A DNA stretch of 64,000 nt, from positions 1-64,000 of the forward strand of contig MU626301.1 of the NCBI GenBank assembly GCA_025603075.1, read 5' to 3'. Positions 12,926 to 24,469 of the stretch are shown in pieces (the first letter of the stretch is position 1; each line of letters starts with the position of its first letter). Position numbers and translations under genes: made by a program. Below the pieces are notes generated by a model. That model saw only the letters and a list, made by a program, of their open reading frames with translations. It did not search any database and was not told the origin of the DNA. Source of the stretch: Neoconidiobolus thromboides FSU 785. Lineage: Eukaryota; Fungi; Entomophthoromycota.

Positions 12926-13425
12926 TATCTTATTAAATAAATGATCTTTATACCTACATGGATTTTAGTCTTTACATTTGCTTAATTTCAATATATATTT
13001 TATACTTTTTATTTATCATTTTATTTATTACTGTTACTTTTAGTACAAATACTTCTAAAATTTAATATATTCAATGCCTGTATCACCTTCAAAAACATAG
13101 TTTGGTTTCTTTTTAATTTCATTTAAAGCTATTTTAGGTGACTCCAAATGTTACAAATATATTAATAAGGTTTATAAATGATAGAACTATTTCAAACTAA
13201 AGGTATGTACTTCAATGTTTTAAATGATTATGTTCCATTAGGATATTATCTTTTAAAATTAAAAAGAATTAAATTTTTTAATATTGTATTAAGAAAATAG
13301 TATCAAAACTAAAATTCTAAAAAATATTTAGTGAATAAAAAATTTGAAATAAAATAAAAAATGAAATGAAATAAAAATTCAATTAGTATCATATTTTTGG
13401 ATGATAAGAACAATAACACATAAAT

Positions 13426-13528
13426 ATATAGGGATGTCTTTTTTGGCTTCATTTTTTCCATTTTTAACCACTACTTAAGCGGAAAATTCATTAGTAAAAT
13501 TCTTAAACACAAAAATACATCCCCATAT
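13426..13528 (-). mobile_element. MITE family A copy
   Basis: ATATAGGGATGTCTTTTTTGGCTTCATT...AGTAAAATTCTTAAACACAAAAATACATCCCCATAT. Confidence 0.9.
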
Positions 13529-14368
13529 AATACTTTTTAAATTACAGCTGCTGGAGTTTTATTGTGGATCTTGTTAATTAATAATAAAATTTTGCTAAAA
13601 CTATACTAAAACAAAGACTATGCTTCAAACATAATTGAATTTAAAAATTGTCATAAATCAAGTTGTAATAGCGTTATAACTAACTATAGAGATTTAGCTT
13701 AAGAAAAATCTTCAATAAATTAATAAATGAGTAAGTTTAAAAGCTTGATTTGAATTAAAATAAATTTTTCCAATTTTGCTTTTTATCCATTTTCTATTTA
13801 GTACAAAATTTCTAAGAAACTATTAGACAAAACTGATAGAAAACACTTTTGTACAGCTAATCCCAAAATTAAGTAAAAGAGCAGTTATTTTGTAGTACTT
13901 AGTTTGATTTGCAATTTTTACTAAAAACTAGAGCTAGACAAATTTGAACCAAGCTTTTAAACTCATATTTAAATTGCTACTTCATATTTAAAAATTGAAG
14001 CCAAAATAAATTACCCAGATATCAAAAAACGTTTTAACATTAAGGATTATTCACCCTTAATCGAATATAAAGTATTACCAATAAAGCATTCAAAATAAAG
14101 TATATTAATAATTCCATATGCTTCTAGTAGTTGGACATTAAAATTTTTAAACGTGTTATTTACTTAAAATAGCTAAGGCAACAGCCAATGACATCCAAAT
14201 AGCCGAATAAACCTAACAAAAAAAATAAAAAATAAAAAATAAAAAATTTAACAGTTAAAAAAGAAGTTAAAAAAACATCAACTATATCATTATACTAATA
14301 ATATTAAACACTAAACAATAGACCTAACTTTCTTTACCTATTAATTATATTATACATATAAAAATAAA

Positions 14369-15127
14369 ATGATTTTTTATTTATTAGTATCACTGTTATT
14401 TTATATTACACTAGCACAAGCTCATAGTAACCTAAGGTACCCAATACCACGAGGCAACACCAAGTATAGCAGTTATTGTTCTAGAGGTTTAGGCTGTGAG
14501 GGCCCTTGTGACTCTTCAAGATCCGAGTCTGCTTTTCTAAAGCCCTTCTATCCCAAAAAAGTAATAAAACGTGGCGAAAAGATACGCGTTGAATGGCTTC
14601 GTCAAAATCACCCAGGTGGCTTTATAAGATTAGCATTTGTCCCTTTTGATCAATCAGATGACGCTAATGCATTTGATAATAACGTGATCAAGTTTGTATG
14701 TTATGAGACAAATTGTGGAGAAACTGAAAGAGATGGACGTTTAGGCCACCTCAATGGGAGAGGAGATGGATTATGTTCAACTTATGTGACAGTTCCAGAT
14801 AATTTACCAGATGGACCTATCACTATGCAATGGATTTGGTTTGGTGGCGGGATATTCTTTGCTGTTCAAGACACTGGATTTGCAAATTATTATAATTGCG
14901 CAGATATGGAATTGATTGGCGGTAATGAGTTTAATGCGACTCATAAGTATACGGCTTCATTTCAAGGTGGAGATGTTGCAAACATAGACACTAATCAGTG
15001 TAGATATTGGGGCAGAAATAGTGTCCATCAATGTCCAGAAGGCTCAGAGAATGGGGATTCCTGTGGTAGATTGGTGATAAAAAATGGTATACCGGATTAT
15101 CCTAATTTGTTATTTGAGGAAAAATAA
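14369..15127 (+). CDS. Secreted His-brace LPMO-like copper protein, intronless
   Basis: The signal peptide ends at ..LAQA, leaving His as residue 1 (HSNLRYPIPR). A second His lies in WLRQNHPGGF. TMQWIW and YYNCAD match the QWxW and aromatic-x-x-C-A-D end of the LPMO fold. 10 Cys. Confidence 0.8.
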   Translation: MIFYLLVSLLFYITLAQAHSNLRYPIPRGNTKYSSYCSRGLGCEGPCDSSRSESAFLKPFYPKKVIKRGEKIRVEWLRQNHPGGFIRLAFVPFDQSDDANAFDNNVIKFVCYETNCGETERDGRLGHLNGRGDGLCSTYVTVPDNLPDGPITMQWIWFGGGIFFAVQDTGFANYYNCADMELIGGNEFNATHKYTASFQGGDVANIDTNQCRYWGRNSVHQCPEGSENGDSCGRLVIKNGIPDYPNLLFEEK

Positions 15128-15235
15128 AATAATACTATATACTTATTAATATTATTATTGTTTATTATTATGTACTTAAATTTAAAGGTTTTTTTAACTA
15201 AATTATTTTGTTCTTGAAAAAACAAAAATAGGATA

Positions 15236-17360
15236 GAATGAGCTACCAAACAATATTATTTCAGTATCAAGTGATATTGAAGAAACAAAAGCAAGAGCAG
15301 AAAAAACAGAAGTAAAATTGAAGAAAGAATTTATTGATGAAAAGACAAATAAAGATAAGGAAATTGACGTAATTTTGATACAGTCCGCTAAAGTAGAAAA
15401 AGAAGTAGTTGTAGGTAATTTAAATTAATTTAAGCCTTAAATGGATCTGAGGAAAAAAGAAAAAACAAAGAGTTATCCAAATTTTCTGAAACTACTGTAT
15501 ATACGTTTAATTGCCCGGTATACCTGTGTTTGTACCATTATTGTCGAGCTTGTATGCAAAGGGTAGGTATTAGGAATGTATTGATTTGTAAAAGGTGTAA
15601 ATACAGTTATCATATTGCATGTATGAAAAAAAAATTGGTCAATATTTTTGATAGAAGATGGTAATGAAACTATCAATATTGTTTTTCAGCTATAATAAAA
15701 TTAACGATTAGATTGTGTGAATATGGGGATGTTTTTTTACGTTTAAGGATTTTACTAAGAATTTTTCCGCTCAAATAGTGGAAAAAGGTGGAAAAAGTAA
15801 TGAAGCCAAAAAAAAACACTCCCATATTGTGAATTTAAATACAAAATCTCAAGTAACCAAACCTGCTTCTTTTACACCGGGAAATTCGAAAAACATCTTT
15901 CAGGTTCTGGTTGGAAGAAAACATTGGATTTATCTTATAACAAGCTGTACAAGCAATCAAATCATTTATATACTAAAATTGTATTTATTTATTATTCGTT
16001 TTTCTATACATGGAATCAGCCAAACTAATACACATCCTGGTTATTGGATTGTATTAGGTAGTGGTTGCGGATTCGATAGCGATAACTGTCAAGAATTTAT
16101 TTATATAGGACAAGGGGGTTTTGATACCAAAGGTCACAAAATTGAACATCAAAAGCTTACGGGAGCAAATATGGGACTAGCATCAACGTACAACTTCATA
16201 TTAAATGTTCAAGGTTCTGTTGCAATAAATTGGACTAAAAGCTCACCAGTTCGAGTGTTTTGAGGTGGAAGGCTTTATGTTAAATTCCTAAAATATACTC
16301 CAAAAGTGAATATAGATACGATGAGATATATAAACTAGTACAATATTATAAGCTTTAAAATCCATCAAACGGATATAACATTTGGCAATTTGAATTCAAA
16401 AGACATGATATTGAATCTGCTCCATGGATAGAAGAAGGGAAACAATTTATGAAAGAAAATGACATTACATTTGACCAAACAGATCCTATTATACCCAGAA
16501 AACCTACAGCTCCAAGAAAAAGAAAACCTATTATTATGCTAAAGTTTATTCCTCACAAGAATTTAAATCTTGCATTCATACCAGTTGTATTTAATAATGG
16601 CAACAGTAGTACTATAGATAATAACGGAGTTGACATTGATCCTAATAATATTGTGGGAACTATCAATGACTATAATGGTTTTAATGGGACTATGAGAGGT
16701 AGTAATAACAACAATAATACTATAGGAGCTAACAGTAGCTATAATAATAGTGATGTAATTAACAATGGTTACAATGTTGATAATAATAAGCATGGTGTTA
16801 ATATTGTTAATAATAATACATATGATTTTAGTTTTGATAGTATACTCAGATATAATACTTATGATCATAATGCTTATAACCGCAATAGCAAACGTAACAA
16901 TATATTTAATTCAAATGTTAATCTTTTATATAGTAATGGTTTAAGTTTCTCAACAATTGATTCCAACTTGAATCCCTAGGTTAATAATAACACATACAAC
17001 AATGGTATTATAAATAACGATGATATATATAACAATGGTATTATAAATAATAGTATTATATATAATAGTGACACAGTTAGCACTACTAAAAGTGCTAAAT
17101 ACGTGATGCCACTATTACTTGAAGATTTGATCGAATTGGATTAGAATAATCAACTAAAATGGAATCAAACAATGATTAAAGAATTCATAAGCACTGTTCA
17201 AAACACTCTTGCATGTCCATTTTGCTCCTCCTTTTTGAATTATAAGAAAGTAATAAGTACCAGGTGTCATCATTACTCATGTCATTCTTGTTAACTAGAA
17301 ACCTAAAGGTCCAACTTACTACATGTCCTGAGTCTTTATTACCTTTGTATCCCGAGTTAT
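15236..17360 (+). pseudogene. Decayed UHRF1/VIM-like PHD-SRA(YDG)-RING gene
   Basis: PHD at 15542: CRAC..LICKRC..YHIAC, then W/LCEYC after intron splicing and MITE removal. SRA 15880-16440: HGI..YWIVLGSG..D.D....FIYIGQGG...QKLTGANMGLA...PVRVF*G...KYTP..RYDEIYK..W.F.FKR.D..SAPW. Asn-rich linker. RING near 17215-17330: CPFC..CHHYSCHSC..TTCP. Contains in-frame stops and frameshifts. Confidence 0.85.
15721..15827 (+). mobile_element. MITE family A copy inserted in the PHD-coding exon
   Basis: ATATGGGGATGTTTTTTTAC...GTAATGAAGCCAAAAAAAAACACTCCCATAT. Confidence 0.92.
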
Positions 17361-17399
17361 AGAATCACGATTTGGGCTTTACTACAAATTGTAATTATG

Positions 17400-17506
17400 A
17401 TATGAGGATGTGTTTTTGTTTTTAAGAATTTTACTAACAAATTTTCCGTTTAAATAGTGCTTAAAAAATGGAAAAGTAATGAAGTTAAAAAAAACACTCC
17501 CATTAT
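17400..17506 (+). mobile_element. MITE family A copy
   Basis: ATATGAGGATGTG...TTTAAGAATTTTACTAACAA...AAATAGTGCTTAAAAAATGGAAAAGTAATGAAG...CACTCCCAT. Confidence 0.9.
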
Positions 17507-17723
17507 AGAGAAAGAAAGTTAATGAAATCAAGCTGTTATTTTTCCAAGATTTTAAAGTTATTGTCGTCATATATGTAAAAAATAGTATATAATTATTAGC
17601 GTCTTTATAAAGCTTCAAATAAGACTGCTTCATCGGCATCTATTTCATATTTGAATTCTAATGAACTGAAAAAATTCCTAAAAAATAAATTAATGCCTAA
17701 AATAATAATAATTTACACAAGTT

Positions 17724-19106
17724 TTACTTTGGAAAATAGTTTGAACTTTGGCCAAATGAATAAAATAATGTGACATTTTCATTCAGTTTTATTTCATTTT
17801 TAATTGTTTGATCAAAATAGACAGCCTCTTTATTAGGCGCCTTATCAATAATCATCTGCATCAGCTTAATATAACTTTTACTATTCAAATTAAAGTGTGT
17901 GAATTGAATAAACTGTAAATTTAGTAAATCTAAATGGATATCCAAGCTTTCAATTTCTTTAGCATTAAATAAATGACTACAATTAGACAGATGTAGCCAC
18001 CTTAAGCTTGGCAAACATAAAGCCAGCCACTCCAAACAATATTTTTTGATTTTGACTCCTTTCAATTCAATGTGTTTCAATCGAAATAATATGGGTACCT
18101 CTTTAAATATTTTGTCATCAAATATGCAGTCACTTAATGACAGTGCGGACAATAACTTTAATTCAGTAACCAATTTTACTAAAAAATCATTATCTAAGTT
18201 GGCTTGATAAAGCGCTAGCAGTTTTAAATGTTTTAATAAGAATAAGCTGTTATCAATTTGTCTATTGAAATAGGGTCGCATATTTAGTTTTACCAATGGG
18301 CTTTTCCAATCTTTTAAAATATCTTGATTAATTGCTACACGACTCTCATAGCTTGTTTCAGGACTAAAATTTAAAGCCTCAAGGTTAGGAAAACTATTAC
18401 TATCAATCAATTGAAACTCCTCATCTTCTATTTCATTAAATATTAATATTTCCGATAAGGATAAATGTAACAAATTATCCATTTTAATCTTATTCAATGT
18501 TTGTACATGTCCTAAATAAAATTTCCCATACAACTCCAGCCATTTTAAACTCTGCAGTTTGTGTATGGTATGTATTAACTCATGGTTGATGTTACTTACA
18601 TTTAAATATAAGTATGTTAGGTTTGTTAAACATGTTAATGGCTTTAACAGCTCATTTAATATGGTTGTAAACCCTATAAAGGCGCAATCTAACTTCAGTA
18701 TCTCTAGTTTAGTAAACAAAGTAAAATCAAAGTATTCAGGCTCAATCGCAAAGTCATCATCTTTCCAACAGAAGCTTTTAATATTTAGTAAATAAGTAAC
18801 AATACTTTGAAATGACTCGATATTAATAGGCCCTGAAAGCTGTAAGTGTTCAATTGATGGGCAATGCCTTATGATTTCTCCAAGTGAACGTGTTGAAAAG
18901 TAGGTGTTAAATTTTAAAATTTTGATATACTTTCCACAAGTATTCAAGTATGGTGGTATTGAACTAGAATCAAAATCTACTGTCTTCCAAAACTTTCTTT
19001 TTGTTTCAAGGCGTATATATTGATTCAGCTGATGGTATATAACCTTTTCTTTAGCTGGTAAATACGAGTATATTTTCCAATGTATAAAGTAAGGTAGTAT
19101 ATCCAT
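17724..19106 (-). CDS. F-box/leucine-rich-repeat (RNI-like) protein, intronless
   Basis: The likely ATG at 19106 gives an F-box-like start (MDILPYFIHWKIYSYLP), followed by many LxxLxL repeats (LEILKLD, LTYLYLN, LKWLELY, LRWLHLS). Confidence 0.8.
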   Translation of the reverse strand: MDILPYFIHWKIYSYLPAKEKVIYHQLNQYIRLETKRKFWKTVDFDSSSIPPYLNTCGKYIKILKFNTYFSTRSLGEIIRHCPSIEHLQLSGPINIESFQSIVTYLLNIKSFCWKDDDFAIEPEYFDFTLFTKLEILKLDCAFIGFTTILNELLKPLTCLTNLTYLYLNVSNINHELIHTIHKLQSLKWLELYGKFYLGHVQTLNKIKMDNLLHLSLSEILIFNEIEDEEFQLIDSNSFPNLEALNFSPETSYESRVAINQDILKDWKSPLVKLNMRPYFNRQIDNSLFLLKHLKLLALYQANLDNDFLVKLVTELKLLSALSLSDCIFDDKIFKEVPILFRLKHIELKGVKIKKYCLEWLALCLPSLRWLHLSNCSHLFNAKEIESLDIHLDLLNLQFIQFTHFNLNSKSYIKLMQMIIDKAPNKEAVYFDQTIKNEIKLNENVTLFYSFGQSSNYFPK

Positions 19107-19282
19107 AATCAAATAATAAAAATAAATGAAAAATATAAAAAATGTCAAATTAGAAAAATCAAAAATTTTGATTTTTTTTTATCTCTATTTTCATTCGTCA
19201 AGCTCTTGACCCAATAAAATTTAAGCATTACTTGAATAAAAATTAAAAGCTCTGAAATCATTTAACTTATCTTTATAATCTA

Positions 19283-22200
19283 ATGACAGCTACAAAAAGA
19301 GGTAGAGGACGTGGTAGAGGTCGTGGAAGAGGAAAATCAAGCTCATCTCAGGAATCTGAAAACAATTCGACACAGAACAATGTCAGTGAGCTAAAGGCTG
19401 AAACCGAGTCGAGTAACTTAACCGCAGCTGCTTCACCAAAATTGGAAACAGTGATGGAGGATGTAGGTCCAAACGGGGATCAAAAGGAGAAGGATAAAGA
19501 AGTAAAGGCTATTATGAAGGAAAAAGAAGAAAGTGAAGACGAAGAAAATGAGGTTGAAATCAATAAAAACAATAAACGAATCTCTGTAAAAAAAGAAAAA
19601 AAAGTATATACAACTGCACTTCCAAAACATATAGATTCTGCTGAGATTGAATTTTCAACATCCAACTTAGAGGAAGGAATAGACTCTAGCATAGTAGAGA
19701 TAGCAGAAAGTGAATGGTTACATAAAGAAAGTGAGGTTAAAGGAAAAAGAAAGAAAGAAAAAAAATTTGATAACAAAAAAGTAGACAAATTATTTTCTAA
19801 AGTGATAGAAAGTGGAAGTATTGATGCTAAAAAGGTAGCTTCTTTGGAGTTTGAAGCTTGTCTTGAGAAAGTAAGTTTTTTAAATGTTGAGTCAAATTTT
19901 TATTAAAATTTTTAAAGTTTTTATGGCCCAATTATGTACCAGCTACAAGCTCAAACGCTCATATTTTATTGATGATTCTAATTATTAACCAAAAATTAAC
20001 AGATCAAGCCGCTTTATCGCCTTGGGGTAAGTAATTTACAATTGATTTAAATGAGACTAAAACATAAATAGAATTACTTGAAGCAGATCCGAAAAAGTAT
20101 TCTGAATTGTTCTATAAAGCCATGGCTTTGAATCTTTACGACGCTAATACAAAGGATAAAAAGTATATGAAAAATTTACCTAAATTAGTTTATTTTCAAG
20201 TTAAAATTGCCTTGTTGAGGTTTTTTACGTTTTCTTTTCAAAGTTTAGATAACTCTTTGGTGCGTGAACAATGTTTAAAGTAATTTATTTTTTAATTTAA
20301 CTTGTCATCTTAATTCAAGTATAGATTAACAACAATCTCCATCTGGCACAATCTTTGTAGTGAAGCAAGGAGAGAAGAAGAGATTGCCAAATCAGCTCAG
20401 CTCAAAAGGCTTTGGAAGCATAGCGAGAAAAAGTTTAATTCGAAAGGTAATTTTGCAAATTTTGCAAATTTTTATGCTAAACTGTTTTTTAGACGAAGAA
20501 GAGAAGAAAAACTTAATCAAAGATCGTACTTTTCTTTCAGATTTGGTAAAGTTGTTTGTTAAAAGCTTATATTCGATTGATCCAAGCGAAGGTTATGCTG
20601 TAGATGAAGAAGAAGAAGCATTAATACTTTATTGTGAAAGGATGATGGAGTTTTTAATTGATTTGATTTCGCAATTACCAACTAGAAGATTTTTTAATAC
20701 TTTATTAAAAGACCATTATTTATTAAATTATTGCAAAGAATCTCCACTTACAAAGTCAGTTATCAAAGGGTAAGTATAATGTTGTAATTTACTATTATAA
20801 TATATGCTAATTTTATTTTTAGTCAAAAATTCAATCAATTATTAGCTGATTTTGAATTTTACACGCATTTTGAAATCAATGATTTTACTGGTCAAAGCTT
20901 AAACAAAGATCTAGTAACAGAAACACTTTACAAAGATGTTCATCAATTTGTTTTAATTTGCTTCAAGCATTTCGAAGAAGAGTTGAAAAGTTTGATATTG
21001 AGTCATGTATCTGCGCTTACTAATAGAGATGTTTTACTAAAACATTTAAGATTATTATCAATAGAAGACTTAATTAAACTATGTGGCTATCTTAATATGC
21101 GCACGGAACCTATTACTTTAATAGAAAGTGAAAAGGAAGATTATTATAGTAAGCAATTTTTATTAAATTGTTTGGCATTACGTTATGAGAAAAGAAAATC
21201 GCAGTTGGATTTAATAAACTCGTACCCTTTATTCCCTAACGAAAGTGCAATATTTGATCAAAGTATTATAGATAATCAATTTTATAATGGTGAGTTTCCT
21301 TTAGCTTTACCTAAACTCAACCTTCAATTTCTTACCTTACATGATTATTTAATACGTAACTTCCAATTATTCCGATTGGATGCTTATTACGAGATTAGAC
21401 AAGATATTGAAGATGCCATAAAAAGATTATCCCCCAGATACATACCTTCTGAAAATGCTACTGCTTTTTCAGGTTGGGCTAGAATGGCTTGTGAAATTAA
21501 TAGACTTTCTATTACAGATATTAAAAAGCCAAAATTAGGTCAAATCACCCCCTCTAGGGTTATAGCTGACATACAACTAGATTTGGGCAGATATACAGAA
21601 TCAATCCGAAATGAATGGAAATCATTAAAGCAGCATGATATTTTATTTTTATTAACAATTCAAGCTACAACTGATAGCAGTAAGCCATACATTGAGGGAA
21701 GTTCATTTCAAGATCATTTTGGTATTACAACCGTACGTGGGTGTGAAGTAATAGATATTTTAGATGATGAAGGTAAGCCCGTGAATGAAGTAGGTAAACC
21801 AAGATTAGAAGATCCAAATGCTGTAATGCAAGCACCTTTAAGAACAATTCGAGTAGATTTAGATCCTAATCAATACCAAAATGATCTTTCATTATCAAAT
21901 GGTCATACAATTTACCAAAGTTTTAATATCGTATTAAGACGTAAACCTAAAGATAACAATTTCAAAGCTGTTTCACAAACTATACGCGATCTTATGCAAA
22001 GTGAATTGATTGTACCTGATTGGCTGAAGAGTATTGTCTTAGGTTATGGGGATCCAAGTGGAGCCCATTATAGTAACTTTGAATTAAATAATGATGAGTT
22101 TTACTTTAATGATACCTTTATTGATTTTGATCATATAAAAGAGAGTTTCCCTAATACAAGCATTGTAGCTTTAAATGAAAATATGATACCACCCTTTGTA

Positions 22201-24244
22201 TTAAAGTTTCCCTCTATCTCGGAACCTCCAAGCAAAAAGCAAAAAGGGGAAAGCAACTTAATATCAACTGTGTTTTCAAATCAAAATAAACTTGAATTTA
22301 AGTCACACAAAGCACTCAAAAAAGGACCATATACTTCAGATGAACCTCATAAAAATCAAATAAGATTTACCCCAACTCAAATCGAAGCTATCTATTCCGG
22401 CTGTAATAAAGGATTAAGTTTAATTGTAGGACCGCCCGGTACCGGTAAAACAGATGTTGCTGTACAGATCATTTCTAATTTATATCACAATCATCCTAAG
22501 CAAAAAGTATTATTAGTCACCCACTCAAATCAAGCACTTAATCAACTTTTTACAAAGATTGCAGCACTTGATATTGACCCACGCCATTTATTACGTTTAG
22601 GTCATGGGCATGAAGAGCTGGATATGGAGGAATCATTTTCTAAGTACGGGAGAGTCAACTCATTCTTAGAGCAAAGAATAACTCTTTTAGAACAGGTCAA
22701 TAGACTAGTTAAAGTATTTGAATTAGAAGGCGACCATGCTCATTCCTGTGAATCAGCTTTACACTTCTATCAAGAATATGTGGAACCTAAATGGGATGAG
22801 TACTTGAAGTTATTAGGTATATCTAATAATCAAAATAGCAAAATATCTGATAGCATCACCTCTTCTTTCATCGCTAATAACTTTCCATTTACCGGGTTTT
22901 TTATTGATGCTCCAAAGCCTTTAGTTCCAGAGGATAAAGAAGAAGCTGTAGAAGCTATCTTTGGTTGCTATAGGCATATCACCCACCTTTTTGACCAAAT
23001 TAAAACCATATATCCATTTGAACTTTTACGTAGCAGTAAAGATAGGGCCGACTATTTGTTAGTTAAAGAAGCAAGGATTGTAGCAATGACATGTACACAT
23101 GCAGCTTTGAAAAGAAGAGAGTTAGTTAGATTAGGGTTTACATATGAAAATCTTATTTTAGAGGAAGCAGCTCAAATATTGGAGATTGAGACTTTTATTC
23201 CACTTGTTTTACAAGAAACCCCACTAGATCAAGAAGCCCATTTACAAAGAGTAGTACTTATTGGTGATCATAAACAACTTCCACCTGTAGTCAGAAACCT
23301 TGCATTCCAAAAGTATGGTAACATGGGTCAATCCTTATTTTCACGTTTGATAAGATTGGGTGTGCCTAAAATACAGTTAGATTCCCAAGGTAGATCTAGA
23401 CCACAGATAGCTGATCTCTATAGGTATAGATACCCTGGTTTAGGTGATCTTTCCCATTTAACTCAAGGTGCCTTTAAGCTTGCAAATTCTGGGTTTGCCC
23501 ATCCATTCCAATTTATAAATGTTAATGAAGGGCAAGGCGAAACTTGCCCCGTACCATTTTTTTACCAAAATTTAGTAGAAGCGGAATATGTGGTAGCCAT
23601 GTACCAATATATGCGATTGATTGGGTAATTTTAGTTAATCTTTTAAGTTATACTTATTTATTAATTATTTTGTAGTTATCCAGCATCTAAAATAACAATC
23701 TTAGCCACCTATAATGGACAAATCTCATTGATTAAAGATATTATTTCAGTAAGATGTTCTAAGAACCCATTACTTGGCAATCCAGCTAAGATTAGTACAG
23801 TAGATAAATATCAAGGAGAACAAAATGACTGTAAGTTTAATTTGAATTTATAAAAATAAACAACATTGACATTATTTAGATATTTTATTGTCATTAGTTA
23901 GAACTAAGGCAGTTGGTCATCTTAGAGATATACGTCGTATGACTGTAGCACTTTCTAGAGCTAAACTTGGATTATATGTGTTTGGGAATAAAAACTTGTT
24001 TATGTCCTGCTCTGAGTTGCAACAAAGTATTGCGCCTTTCTTTCAAAATAAAGGGGATAAATTGGTATTGGTTAAAGAAGAGAGTTACCCAACTGATAGA
24101 GAAGTAACTAATACTCCATCTGGACAACAGATCTCTGGATTAAAAGAAATGGGTATTTTAGTTCATGAAATGTTGAAAGAACAAATGGAGTCTCAATCAT
24201 CAGCATTAGACGAGACAAATAATGAGGTACCAATGGAAGATTAA
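19283..24244 (+). CDS. AQR: Intron-binding spliceosomal RNA helicase Aquarius (Cwf11), multi-exon
   Basis: [54 protein letters not shown] (Walker A), [53 protein letters not shown]. Confidence 0.96.
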
Positions 24245-24469
24245 ACTAGTCTTTAAATATTCAAAATGGATATACAAATACATCATTGAATTCAAGCCAA
24301 GTGCAGAATAATTACAAATTGACTCTTCTTTTTTAATCTTTTTATACACCTTTCTTACTTAAAAAAGATCAAAATAAAATAAAGATTTAAAATTGGAAAG
24401 ATTTAAAAGTTTCTATTACAAATAATTTAATTTTTTAAAATTAGTTTAATTAAATTATCAATTTCGTAT

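Noticed and set aside
15778-16979. ORFs 15778-16263 and 16449-16979 as two separate intact genes
   Set aside because: The first starts inside a MITE. Both are frameshifted pieces of the single PHD-SRA-RING pseudogene.
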